Positions 1 through 7,733 are shown, numbered from the stretch's first letter. The stretch: DNA of 18,422 nucleotides from a virus (IMGVR_UViG_2582580966_000018), one strand, 5' to 3'. The notes: a model not told the origin generated them from the sequence alone. Translations and numbers: made by a program.

Positions 1-399
1 TCACTTCAGCGGGTAGTCATCAAACTCACCAGTCCGCGCGTCATTGATGATGTACGTCACCACCCCCTTCACTACGACTCGTTCCTCACAATCGTCGTCA
101 GTTATCCATGTCTTTTTATCAGCGTGGTCCAGTTCTTCCAGGTGCACCTTTGGCAGCAGCCTGAGACGCAACAGCCGTATCTGGTCATTCAGATGACAAA
201 TCACCAGGCTTCCGTCTACCGGAGTCAGCGATGTGTCCATGACCAGCAGAGCACCTCTCTTGATTCCTTCCCGCCATGATGTAGCAGCGTAACGGATGAA
301 GAATGTCGCCGCTGGTTTTCGTATCAACTCCTTGTCGAGTGAGATCGCATCCTCGTGGTAATCAGCAGCAGGGCTGGGAAACTGTGACATGGCAACCAT
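1..399 (-). CDS. UmuD'-like protein (S24 LexA/UmuD peptidase fold), 132 aa
   Basis: Translation aligns by eye with E. coli UmuD from the FPSPAADY motif onward; the Ser of the catalytic dyad is conserved (TSW vs GDSM). GAGG Shine-Dalgarno 6 nt upstream of ATG at 399. Window starts at its stop codon, so any downstream umuC-like partner is outside the window. Confidence 0.6.
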   Translation of the reverse strand: MVAMSQFPSPAADYHEDAISLDKELIRKPAATFFIRYAATSWREGIKRGALLVMDTSLTPVDGSLVICHLNDQIRLLRLRLLPKVHLEELDHADKKTWITDDDCEERVVVKGVVTYIINDARTGEFDDYPLK

Positions 400-414
400 A
401 ACTCACCTCATTGG

Positions 415-434
415 CACTGTATGTACATACAGTA
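415..434. promoter_or_regulatory. LexA (SOS) box, CTGT-N8-ACAG palindrome
   Basis: Sequence cACTGTATGTACATACAGTa; the 18-bp core 416-433 is a perfect palindrome matching the LexA operator consensus, 16-35 nt upstream of the UmuD'-like start codon. Confidence 0.65.
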
Positions 435-444
435 CCAATGCATG

Positions 445-488
445 GATTTTGATCGTTGCAACCGATCGATTTGAAGATTTTGATCGTT
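445..488. repeat. Two perfect 13-bp direct repeats (GATTTTGATCGTT) 31 bp apart, with three GATC sites (451, 464, 482)
   Basis: Read directly: repeat copies at 445-457 and 476-488, and a CGATCG palindrome between them at 463-468. Lies in the AT-rich divergent intergenic region upstream of the 579..1865 gene. Confidence 0.8.
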
Positions 489-578
489 ATTTCCCATAAC
501 CAAATAGTGAGCAATTTTGGGACATTTATTATAAATTTAAATTGTCTTTAAATATAAATATCCAATCGGTAAATCATC

Positions 579-1865
579 GTGAAAAATAATTCCGCGCTGT
601 TTGTTGGTTCTTTTTTTGAAAGTGACCAAAGCTCAAAAGTAAACCTGGCATTATCTTATGATGGAGAACGATTCGAAAAAATAAAGGCTCAATTCCTTTG
701 GGCTATTGGTGGAACTGGAGAAGTTTTAGGGAGAGACCCATCAATTATTTATCACAACGGTTGGTGGTTAATAGCCGTATCAGGATATACAGAAAACGTT
801 TATGACGTCGATTGCTGGCGCTCACGTGATTTAACCGTGTGGGAACTGGTACGAATTAAGCTTGGCGATACGCCAGTCTGTGGGAAACGATTACCGGGTT
901 CAGATCTGGTGACCACTGACGTGTGGGCTCCTGAATGGTTTGTTGATGACGAAAATCTGTTCCTGATAGTCAGCCTGCGTTATTACAACGATCAGACTGA
1001 CAGTAAAGGTGTAAATGTCAAAAGTTTTAAAACATTCTATTCTGTCTGTTCTGATGTTGAGAGACTGGAGTTTTACGATCCGGTTGCGGTAAATATCGAA
1101 CCAAAAAACATGATTGATTCTGTTTTTTCCAGAATATTCCAGACGTATTACCTGACAATAAAAGATGAAATCACCAAAAAAATTGAGGTGTATTGTTCAA
1201 ATTGTTTCTCAGGACAGTTCACGAAATTATCAGTAATTCCGTTTACTCAGGCGGCGGAAGGCCCGGCGCTGGTTTATTTGCCGGACGGCACGATCAGAAT
1301 CTATGCGGATTTTTTCGACACAAAAAAATGGACTTATTTTGTAGACACGAAAGACTTCGTGACGTTCACGCCAGAGCGCCCCGTTTTGTTTGACGGCAGA
1401 ATTAAGCGCGGGACTATTACAAATGTGCTGAACTGGCGCGATAGTGAAACCGCATTGCAGCAACTGTCGGCGCTGTTCTGTGCAAACTCCGGGGATTTAC
1501 AGCCAGGGAAAATCCACAAGCTCATTGATGTAGCGGGAACGAGCAATATCAACGCTACTGATTTAATCTGGTGGCCTGAAACTGGACATTGTTATTTCAC
1601 CGAGGGGTTATCCGGTAACGTGACAATCAATGCGCTGCCAACTGTTTACCCGGACGGGAGTTCGTTTTATCTGATGGTCCGAAGCGCAACGCCGGGAGCT
1701 GGTGATCTGACGCTTAAACAGGCTGTCGGCGACCTGTACCACCCGGCTAATGGCATGGCGATATTTGATGCTGATTTGGTAGTGGCGGCTGGCGGGAACG
1801 CCGCATCACGTCTGTTTAGAATGGTGTGCTTTGATGGCCAGTTGTGGGTTGAGGGGGTTTTCTGA
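579..1865 (+). CDS. Hypothetical protein, 428 aa; unknown function, AT-rich cargo gene
   Basis: Long uninterrupted ORF. Only possible start is GTG at 579 (in-frame stop at 570-572 just upstream) and there is no clear Shine-Dalgarno. No motif I can assign; the many aromatic/Gly/Asp residues hint at a beta-rich, possibly carbohydrate-active fold, but that is a guess. Confidence 0.55.
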   Translation: MKNNSALFVGSFFESDQSSKVNLALSYDGERFEKIKAQFLWAIGGTGEVLGRDPSIIYHNGWWLIAVSGYTENVYDVDCWRSRDLTVWELVRIKLGDTPVCGKRLPGSDLVTTDVWAPEWFVDDENLFLIVSLRYYNDQTDSKGVNVKSFKTFYSVCSDVERLEFYDPVAVNIEPKNMIDSVFSRIFQTYYLTIKDEITKKIEVYCSNCFSGQFTKLSVIPFTQAAEGPALVYLPDGTIRIYADFFDTKKWTYFVDTKDFVTFTPERPVLFDGRIKRGTITNVLNWRDSETALQQLSALFCANSGDLQPGKIHKLIDVAGTSNINATDLIWWPETGHCYFTEGLSGNVTINALPTVYPDGSSFYLMVRSATPGAGDLTLKQAVGDLYHPANGMAIFDADLVVAAGGNAASRLFRMVCFDGQLWVEGVF

Positions 1866-1899
1866 TATAATTGTGGCTCAATGAAAATTGGGCCACATA

Positions 1900-2961
1900 A
1901 TGAACAATAAAATATTTTCCGTCCAGTATCTTCGTGGAATAGCAGCGCTACTTGTGGTGCTGTACCATTTTTCTTTTTTTACTCCGCGCTGGTTTGCTAA
2001 TTTATTTGCAAATGGCATGGTGGGCGTTGATATTTTTTTCATTATCTCTGGATTTATTATTTATTGGTCAACAATAAATCCTGAGGAATGCAGACCAACG
2101 GTATTTATTGTTAAACGATTCGCCAGAATATACCCGCTATTTTTTGTTGTGTTACTGGTTTCGTTGTTATTGCAACCTGCGCCTGCCACACAATTATCCA
2201 GGGGTTTTCTGGTTCTGCACAACGATTACACACTACCCGCTCCGGCGTTTGGATTTAATCTGCTACCGCCCGCGTGGACATTGACTTATGAAATATCGTT
2301 CTACGCTATTTTCTGTATGTGCGCTGCAATAACGACCCGGTATCGAGGTTCATTGTGTATCGCGCTGCTGATTGCAATCCCGGCAGTGCTACAGGTTGCG
2401 TTTAATGGAGGGTTGTCGTTTAACAGCACAGTCACCGCTATCCCTCCTGCTGACTCGCCGTTTTATGGTCTAATCAGGCTGGCAGGCTCAACGATGTTTT
2501 ATGAGTTTGCGTTTGGGATTATGTCTGGAATGATATTTGAAAGGTTTAAATTAATTCTTCCTAACTTAACTGCTATTACTATAGCAATATTCGCATCGGC
2601 TTTATTTTTCTATTTTTTCTTCACATTCTCAGACCATACCAGCGGTATAGAAGGAATGTTCTTTTTTGCTGCAATATTTTTTGTGGGCGTTTTGATGCTG
2701 GATAAATCAAAGGCGGGAGAGATAAAAGCATTATCAATTCTTGGCGACCTGACATATAGCATTTATCTCTGTCATTGGCTGGTAATGCAGATGGTACAGA
2801 AATTTATTCCGATTGGGGAGTATAAGCACTGGGGCGTCCTTGTCCCCTGCATGCTTGTTGCTTCTCTGATGATGGCATTCGCAGCTAACCGGATAATTGA
2901 AAAACCGTTTATCCGTCTGGCCCGTTCGGCGCTGAAACGCCAGGAGATTACGACGCGGTAG
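1900..2961 (+). CDS. Acyltransferase family 3 integral membrane protein (O-antigen/polysaccharide O-acetyltransferase-like)
   Basis: Strongly hydrophobic multi-helix protein with the N-terminal pattern typical of acyltransferase-3 / Oac-like enzymes (LRGIAALLVVLYHF...GVDIFFIISGF). ATG at 1900 preferred over the track's TTG at 1888. Sits 23 bp after the previous gene, suggesting co-transcription. Confidence 0.7.
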   Translation: MNNKIFSVQYLRGIAALLVVLYHFSFFTPRWFANLFANGMVGVDIFFIISGFIIYWSTINPEECRPTVFIVKRFARIYPLFFVVLLVSLLLQPAPATQLSRGFLVLHNDYTLPAPAFGFNLLPPAWTLTYEISFYAIFCMCAAITTRYRGSLCIALLIAIPAVLQVAFNGGLSFNSTVTAIPPADSPFYGLIRLAGSTMFYEFAFGIMSGMIFERFKLILPNLTAITIAIFASALFFYFFFTFSDHTSGIEGMFFFAAIFFVGVLMLDKSKAGEIKALSILGDLTYSIYLCHWLVMQMVQKFIPIGEYKHWGVLVPCMLVASLMMAFAANRIIEKPFIRLARSALKRQEITTR

Positions 2962-3412
2962 CAGGACGTGGCGGCCATTCAAGGCTGTCACTTAATATCG
3001 CTGCTTCATCATTAAACTTCATTTTCTTCAAGGCATCGATATGAGCAAGCCACTCTTTAAAGGTCGCCTTCTCTTCATCGGTGATGATCTCCAGAATGAG
3101 CTTAGAAGGCCAGTGTTCGCTGCTTATATATGCGTTAGCCGCAGAGATTAACGCATCTCTCTTTGACTCGGCCTGTGCCAGTTTAAGCGCGAACAGTTCT
3201 TCTTTAGTTGGCTCGGGAATTTTTTCCCACGCAGGCATGCCGTCTGGCCCTGCAACCCTTCGCATGCCGTCTTTAACTGTTGGGTAAAATTCGGCGAAAA
3301 CACCCATATCAACCGGCACAGCATCACTGTATTCGTCCGTCTTTAACAGAGAGCTTTCCTTGAAAACAAAAGCGTTGCTTTTGGCACTATATAAAAAATC
3401 TGAATCAGACAT
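2948..3412 (-). CDS. tfa: Tail fibre assembly protein (Tfa family chaperone)
   Basis: C-terminal TDEEKA...W...EWPPRP pattern and N-terminal region resemble lambda Tfa / TfaE. Start codon overlaps the stop of the upstream tail-fibre fragment (TAATG). Converges on and overlaps the acyltransferase 3' end by 14 bp. Confidence 0.75.
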   Translation of the reverse strand: MSDSDFLYSAKSNAFVFKESSLLKTDEYSDAVPVDMGVFAEFYPTVKDGMRRVAGPDGMPAWEKIPEPTKEELFALKLAQAESKRDALISAANAYISSEHWPSKLILEIITDEEKATFKEWLAHIDALKKMKFNDEAAILSDSLEWPPRPATAS

Positions 3413-3847
3413 TACGCTCTCCCGATAGCAATCCAGTTAAAAACTGTTGGCTGCGCAGTAAAGTTGTGGTCGGACGAACTCCAGGTTGCAGAACGAACAT
3501 TAAAGCTCCCTGCGTTAACCTTTTCGGCACCATACACGGTTAAGAGTTGATAGATACCGCCGGAGGCTGTCCATCCAGAGACATGGCCTTCTACTGCAAA
3601 TACCTGGTATGAGCTCATCGCCACACCCATATTCACATTATAAAATCCGTTACTGTCCGTTGTACCTACATCCATCTGGATGATCATATTGCCAGGAAGG
3701 CGAATAACCACACCAGACCCGGTTGTTGTATAGGTAAAGGATGACATATCCGGAACTTGCCCGGTAGCCGGTATAAATCACACACTCTCCGACATACACA
3801 TCATCCGGATGGGCAAACAGCTCTTGTTTGTCTGTGAGCTCTGCCAT
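3412..3847 (-). pseudogene. Side tail fibre C-terminal fragment, frameshifted near 3772-3780
   Basis: Two overlapping minus-strand ORFs (3650..3847 and 3412..3747) in different frames. Reading across the junction gives one continuous ~145-aa product (…YVGECV | IPATGQVPDMSSFTYTTTGSG…). GGAG 3 nt upstream of ATG at 3847. Positioned directly upstream of tfa, as a tail-fibre distal domain would be. Confidence 0.45.
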
Positions 3848-4204
3848 TGTTGGCTCCGTTTATCCGTTAAAAGGGATATCAGTTAAGTTATCCCGTGCAG
3901 GGTATAAGCCATTGTCGAGACCACTCATTGAATGGCCTCTGCAATAACCGATGTCTTTCCATCAGTCCGCCACAACAAAGAATCTTTTTTGCCATAAGGC
4001 AGGAGGTTCATCTTTCAGTGGCTGCCAGTGTTATTTCCCCACTTACTGGCTTGGGTTGTTTCGTGGTACTGCCGTAACTGGTTGCCAAGAATAAATTCCG
4101 GTTTCATTATCAAGCCCACCCGTAGATGGGCTTTGTAATGGATAGCCGTTGCTCAGTTCTCGTAATGCTTTGATTTTTCCGATAACGCAGTTTTGCGTTT
4201 GCCA

Positions 4205-4726
4205 TCAGCACGCGATATCGAGAGTCAACTGCAGTTGCTCGCGCCAGTACTCAACATTTGCTTCAATAACCGGCTTATCCCATCGCCAGCGAGCCATCTC
4301 TCTTGCCCCATTGCTGGCTTTTGATTTCCGGTCATCGCGAATGCGACATGCTTGCTCATATTTCTGCTGCTCAGTCAGTTCACCGCGAAGCAGACTATCA
4401 ATGTGCAGGTCGCACCACACAGCAAAACGAGCATCACACCAACGGGCAAATGCAACTGAAAGTTTTGGATGTAGCCACGTACCACCACCCCTGTCCTTTC
4501 GTGCCTTGCTGGTTTTTACATACCTCGATTGTGAGGGATGTAAAATTTGAGATTCTTTCCCGGTCAACGCTTCGTCTAAAGCACGAACGTATTCAAGCGT
4601 TTCTGCCAAACGCATCCAGTTATCAATGCGTTTTCCAAATCTCTCAGCAACACCTGTGACGTTGATCCAACCATCAGTGTTGAAACTGACAATTTCACCT
4701 TTGTAATTAAGTGGCACGATATTCAT
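4205..4726 (-). CDS. KilA-N domain protein, 173 aa
   Basis: N-terminal region (…FNTDGWINVTGVAERFGKRIDNWMRLAETLEYVRAL…) fits the KilA-N DNA-binding domain pattern. Separated from Rz by tandem terminators, so likely its own transcription unit. Confidence 0.55.
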   Translation of the reverse strand: MNIVPLNYKGEIVSFNTDGWINVTGVAERFGKRIDNWMRLAETLEYVRALDEALTGKESQILHPSQSRYVKTSKARKDRGGGTWLHPKLSVAFARWCDARFAVWCDLHIDSLLRGELTEQQKYEQACRIRDDRKSKASNGAREMARWRWDKPVIEANVEYWREQLQLTLDIAC

Positions 4727-4841
4727 AACGTTTACCTACCATTTGAAATGAACCTTTGCCGCATAGGAAACCAGCCCACCGAGGCTCGCCAGCACTAACT
4801 GGTATCCTCAAAGGCCCATTCCAAAGGGGCAGGTTCGGTGT

Positions 4842-4866
4842 AAAAAACATGCGTTGCGGTACGCAT
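4842..4866 (-). terminator. Intrinsic terminator-like hairpin (second of tandem pair after Rz)
   Basis: Minus strand reads ATGCGT-accgca-ACGCAT followed by TTTTTT. Confidence 0.5.
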
Positions 4867-4870
4867 TTAT

Positions 4871-4896
4871 TGCAAAAAGCCCCGCATCGCGAGGCT
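4871..4896 (-). terminator. Intrinsic terminator downstream of Rz/Rz1
   Basis: Minus strand reads GCCTCGC-gat-GCGGGGC (7-bp stem with one G-U pair) followed by TTTTT. Confidence 0.6.
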
Positions 4897-4927
4897 CATT
4901 AAATTGACTTTGTGATTTGCAAAAAAA

Positions 4928-5386
4928 TTATTTCAGGCATTGCGTCCTGATGTATTCCTGCAGGTAGTTAACCTGCGCGGTTATCTTGTCGATTCCACTT
5001 CGGAGACGGTAATAATTGAGTTCAGCATCTGCTGTAAGTCTTGGGCTTTCTCCATCGCCCATGCTGCTGGCTCCGGTCGTTGACTTTGCACAGGTGGCGG
5101 CGACTTGCAGGCGCTTACGACCAGCAGAAACATCAGCACGGAGACTTTCGATAGTCGCGTTAGCATCAGCAAGCTCCTTTGTATATCTGGCATCGAGTTC
5201 TGCTACATCACGTTGACGCTTCCGCATGTCAGCGATGGTGGCGTTCGCCTTCTCCAGTTCACTGGCCTTGTTATCGCGCTGCTCTTTGTAGGCGATTGCG
5301 TTATCACGGTAATGATTGACCGCCCACGACAGGCAGACGATGATGCAGATAACCAGAGCGGAGATAATCGCGGTTAACCGACTCAT
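4928..5386 (-). CDS. Rz: Rz i-spanin (inner-membrane spanin subunit)
   Basis: From the internal ATG ([30 protein letters not shown]…) the product closely resembles lambda Rz: N-terminal TM anchor then coiled-coil periplasmic domain. The longer ORF-track extension is rejected. Confidence 0.85.
   Translation of the reverse strand: MSRLTAIISALVICIIVCLSWAVNHYRDNAIAYKEQRDNKASELEKANATIADMRKRQRDVAELDARYTKELADANATIESLRADVSAGRKRLQVAATCAKSTTGASSMGDGESPRLTADAELNYYRLRSGIDKITAQVNYLQEYIRTQCLK
4981..5166 (-). CDS. Rz1: Rz1 o-spanin lipoprotein, embedded in the +1 frame of Rz
   Basis: [27 protein letters not shown]… has a lipoprotein signal with Cys and a proline-rich mature part, nested inside Rz as in lambda. 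Confidence 0.7.
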   Translation of the reverse strand: MLTRLSKVSVLMFLLVVSACKSPPPVQSQRPEPAAWAMEKAQDLQQMLNSIITVSEVESTR

Positions 5387-5474
5387 GACATCAACACCCC
5401 AACGGCCAGAAACCACGGCCACGCATCGTTGCCATTCAATGCGAGCAACGCTGCCATGAAAAAGCAAATCATGC

Positions 5475-5978
5475 TCATTGTTGCCCCCACAAACAGACTT
5501 CACGCTCAATCTCACGACGGGTCATCAGCCCTTTCCATTGCTTACCGCCAGCGTATGTCCAGCGCCGTAGCTGATCACATGCGCCCTTGATATCGCCCTG
5601 GTTTATTTTGCGAAGAAGCGTCGATGTTCTGAAATTGCCTGTGCCCACGTTATAGACGAACGAGTAAAGAGCGCCGCGCGTTGTTTCCGGTATATCGACT
5701 TTGATGTACGGGTTAATTTGTCTGGCGACCGTGGCAAGGTCTTTATTCAGGAGGGCTTTGCATTCTGCTTCGGTATACGTTTTACCGAGCATGATGTCTT
5801 TTCCGGTGTGTCCGTGGCATACAGTCCATACACCAACAATATCTTTGTATGGTATGTAGCTGACACCTTCCAGACCATCGTTACCACTCGGTCCAGTGAT
5901 TAACACAGATGCTATAGCAATAGCCCCGCCACTTATCGCCGCTATTACGCTATTTCGTAGTGCCGGTGACATTGCCAT
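5475..5978 (-). CDS. SAR endolysin, T4-lysozyme family (GH24)
   Basis: Gly/Ala-rich N-terminal signal-anchor-release segment ([17 protein letters not shown]) followed by the canonical E-x8-D-x5-T catalytic triad ([18 protein letters not shown]). Confidence 0.9.
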   Translation of the reverse strand: MAMSPALRNSVIAAISGGAIAIASVLITGPSGNDGLEGVSYIPYKDIVGVWTVCHGHTGKDIMLGKTYTEAECKALLNKDLATVARQINPYIKVDIPETTRGALYSFVYNVGTGNFRTSTLLRKINQGDIKGACDQLRRWTYAGGKQWKGLMTRREIEREVCLWGQQ

Positions 5979-6210
5979 TCAATCTGTCCTCGCGCTCTTT
6001 GCGCTTGTAGTACCAGTTGATGCCAAATGTGCCGACAGTACAAAGAATACCAATGATGACAGCCCAGTCATTCAGGGAGAGAATGCCACCCATCGCAGTC
6101 AGTCCTCCGAAGCTGTAACTGAACCATTCTCTGATTTTGTCCATAGCGCACGTTAATACCCGCTCGACGCTTTCTTTCAGGTATTGAAGGGATTGAGATG
6201 GGCTAAGCAT
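5950..6210 (-). CDS. Class II holin (pinholin-like), two TM segments, charged C-terminus
   Basis: Two hydrophobic segments then KRKEREDR tail. GGAGG 6 nt upstream of ATG at 6210; a second in-frame ATG at 6144 could give a shorter isoform. Sits immediately upstream of the SAR endolysin. Confidence 0.65.
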   Translation of the reverse strand: MLSPSQSLQYLKESVERVLTCAMDKIREWFSYSFGGLTAMGGILSLNDWAVIIGILCTVGTFGINWYYKRKEREDRLNGNVTGTTK

Positions 6211-6544
6211 TATTGGCCTCCTGCATCAGGAGAAAGACAATCATGGCGGCGCGGAGAGGTCTGGTATCAAATATTGGGCTTACGCCTTTTGCATCCACAC
6301 ACCATTCAGTTAACTGGTCTAAGATAGAAATCCTGTATTTCTCAATAATCGGCCATGAAGCGCTCGGATCATTGCAGTAGTCAGGCAAATGATTTAATGG
6401 CTCAAAAGTTGTATAAGCATTTCCGTAATACCATTTGTTGGTGTTATTCCCTGATGTTTCCGGTTTACTTGCCCAAAGGCCTTTAAAAATTATGTCTCCT
6501 ACCATTCTGTTAATTTCAAAATCACTTAACTGTGAATAATCCAT
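6203..6544 (-). CDS. nin-region phage protein of unknown function (possibly NinX/DUF-type)
   Basis: ORF between ninE and the holin; GAGG 8 nt upstream of ATG at 6544 ([13 protein letters not shown]…). Family name is from uncertain recall. Confidence 0.5.
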   Translation of the reverse strand: MDYSQLSDFEINRMVGDIIFKGLWASKPETSGNNTNKWYYGNAYTTFEPLNHLPDYCNDPSASWPIIEKYRISILDQLTEWCVDAKGVSPIFDTRPLRAAMIVFLLMQEANNA

Positions 6545-6570
6545 TGTCATTTCCTCGCACGATATCTTAG

Positions 6571-6723
6571 CTACCGGATATCCCACAGGTGAGCTGTGTA
6601 ATTGAAGGTTTTTACGTCAGATTCTTTTGGGATTGGCTTGCGTTTATTTCTGGAGCGTTTCGTTGGAAGGTATTTGCAGTTTTCGCAGATGATGTCGGTG
6701 AAACTTCGTCGCTGTCGCCTCAT
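6571..6723 (-). CDS. ninE: NinE
   Basis: [23 protein letters not shown]… matches lambda NinE. AGGAGG 6 nt upstream of ATG at 6723; ATGA overlap with the stop of the methyltransferase gene. Confidence 0.75.
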   Translation of the reverse strand: MRRQRRSFTDIICENCKYLPTKRSRNKRKPIPKESDVKTFNYTAHLWDIR

Positions 6724-7248
6724 GCCGCCCTCCTGACGCCCTGCCCGATCGCCATCAATGCCGCTTTGGATACGGTAGTAAACATCCGTCGAGGACTGAT
6801 GAACGGTCGCCAAATCAGCAGCATGGAGCCTTTGCTGTTTCCCTTCTTCTCCAGCCCTGTCGATGGTTCGATAAAATTAATCCGTCCATCAGTGATAATG
6901 CGAACTTCGTCGACACTCTCCAGAGCCTTGCTGAACCATCCGACTGACATATCCTCTGGCACAAGCATAACTACCGTCTGTCGCTGTTGTATGCACTGCT
7001 CAGCGGCTTTTTCCACCCACGGCCTGATATTGCTGTACGGTGGGTTATTCCAGATTGCACCGTGGCTTATCCACTCAGAATTTAGCGCGTCGTCGGCCTC
7101 AGTTAACCAGTGAGCGCACAGAGCATTTTTTGTCGCTCGCTGCCGAATCCAGCCAGAATCCAAACTCAATATCCAGTGCATCAAAAAGCCAAAGCGGCGT
7201 TTGCCAGCAGTCCTTGTCGTGTGCTGGCGTATTTGATTTGATAGTCAT
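6720..7248 (-). pseudogene. Phage N6-adenine DNA methyltransferase (Dam-like, NPPY motif), frameshifted in an A6 run
   Basis: N-terminal part (MTIKSNTPAHDKDCWQTPLWLFDALDIEFGFWLDSAASDK) and C-terminal part (NALCAHWLTEADD…WNNPPYS…) lie in two frames. The shift maps to the T6 run at plus 7126-7131; removing one base restores a continuous ~175-aa reading frame. ATGA overlap with ninB stop. Confidence 0.7.
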
Positions 7249-7685
7249 GCAGCCCGATCTCCCCATCGCGCTTTCCATTCGAGAGCCAGTCGCGCTTCGT
7301 CTGACCACTTAACGCCACGCTCTGTACCGAATGCCTGTATAAGCTCTAATAGCTCCGCAAATTCGTTTACACGCATCCTGCTGGTTGACTGGCCTATTAC
7401 CACAAAGCCATTCCCGGCAAGGTTAGGAACAACATCCTGCTGCTTTAATGCTGCGGTAAACACACACTTCCAGCTTTCTGCATCCAGCCAGCGACCATGC
7501 CATTCAACCTGACGAGAGACGTCACCAAGGCAAGCCCAAAGCTTTCGATTCTGGTCTAAGCTGCGGTTGCGTTCCTGAATGGTTACTACGATTGGTTTGG
7601 TTGGGTCTGGAAGAATTTGCTGTACCGCGTGAATAGCGTTTTGCTGATGTGCTGGAGATCGAATTTCAAAGGTTAGTTTTTTCAT
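7245..7685 (-). CDS. ninB: NinB recombination protein
   Basis: From MKKLTFEIRSPAHQQNAIHAVQQILPDPTKP… the product is near-identical to lambda NinB as I recall it. Confidence 0.9.
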   Translation of the reverse strand: MKKLTFEIRSPAHQQNAIHAVQQILPDPTKPIVVTIQERNRSLDQNRKLWACLGDVSRQVEWHGRWLDAESWKCVFTAALKQQDVVPNLAGNGFVVIGQSTSRMRVNEFAELLELIQAFGTERGVKWSDEARLALEWKARWGDRAA

Positions 7686-7701
7686 GACTTCCCTCTCCCC
7701 C

Positions 7702-7733
7702 AAATAAAAAGGCCTGCGATTACCAGCAGGCCT
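7702..7733 (-). terminator. tR2-like intrinsic terminator between ren and ninB
   Basis: Minus strand reads AGGCCTGC-tggtaatc-GCAGGCCT followed by TTTTATTT. Confidence 0.7.

Noticed and set aside
1872-1897. Inverted repeat TGTGGC…GCCACA between the two cargo genes
   Set aside because: 6-bp stem with a 14-nt loop and no U tract; too weak to call a terminator or operator.
4112-4133. Hairpin AAGCCCA…TGGGCTT in the 3848-4204 gap
   Set aside because: No adjacent U tract on either strand; could be a remnant of deleted sequence but cannot be assigned a function.
4149-4659. Plus-strand ORFs of 133 and 118 aa
   Set aside because: Antisense to the KilA-N gene, with a Cys/His/Ser/Arg-rich composition typical of out-of-frame translation.
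5016-5377. Plus-strand ORFs of 66 and 90 aa
   Set aside because: Antisense to Rz/Rz1; the real embedded gene (Rz1) is on the minus strand.
6589-7113. 174-aa plus-strand ORF
   Set aside because: Lies entirely antisense to the methyltransferase and ninE genes, which have recognisable products and coupled starts; treated as a spurious antisense ORF.
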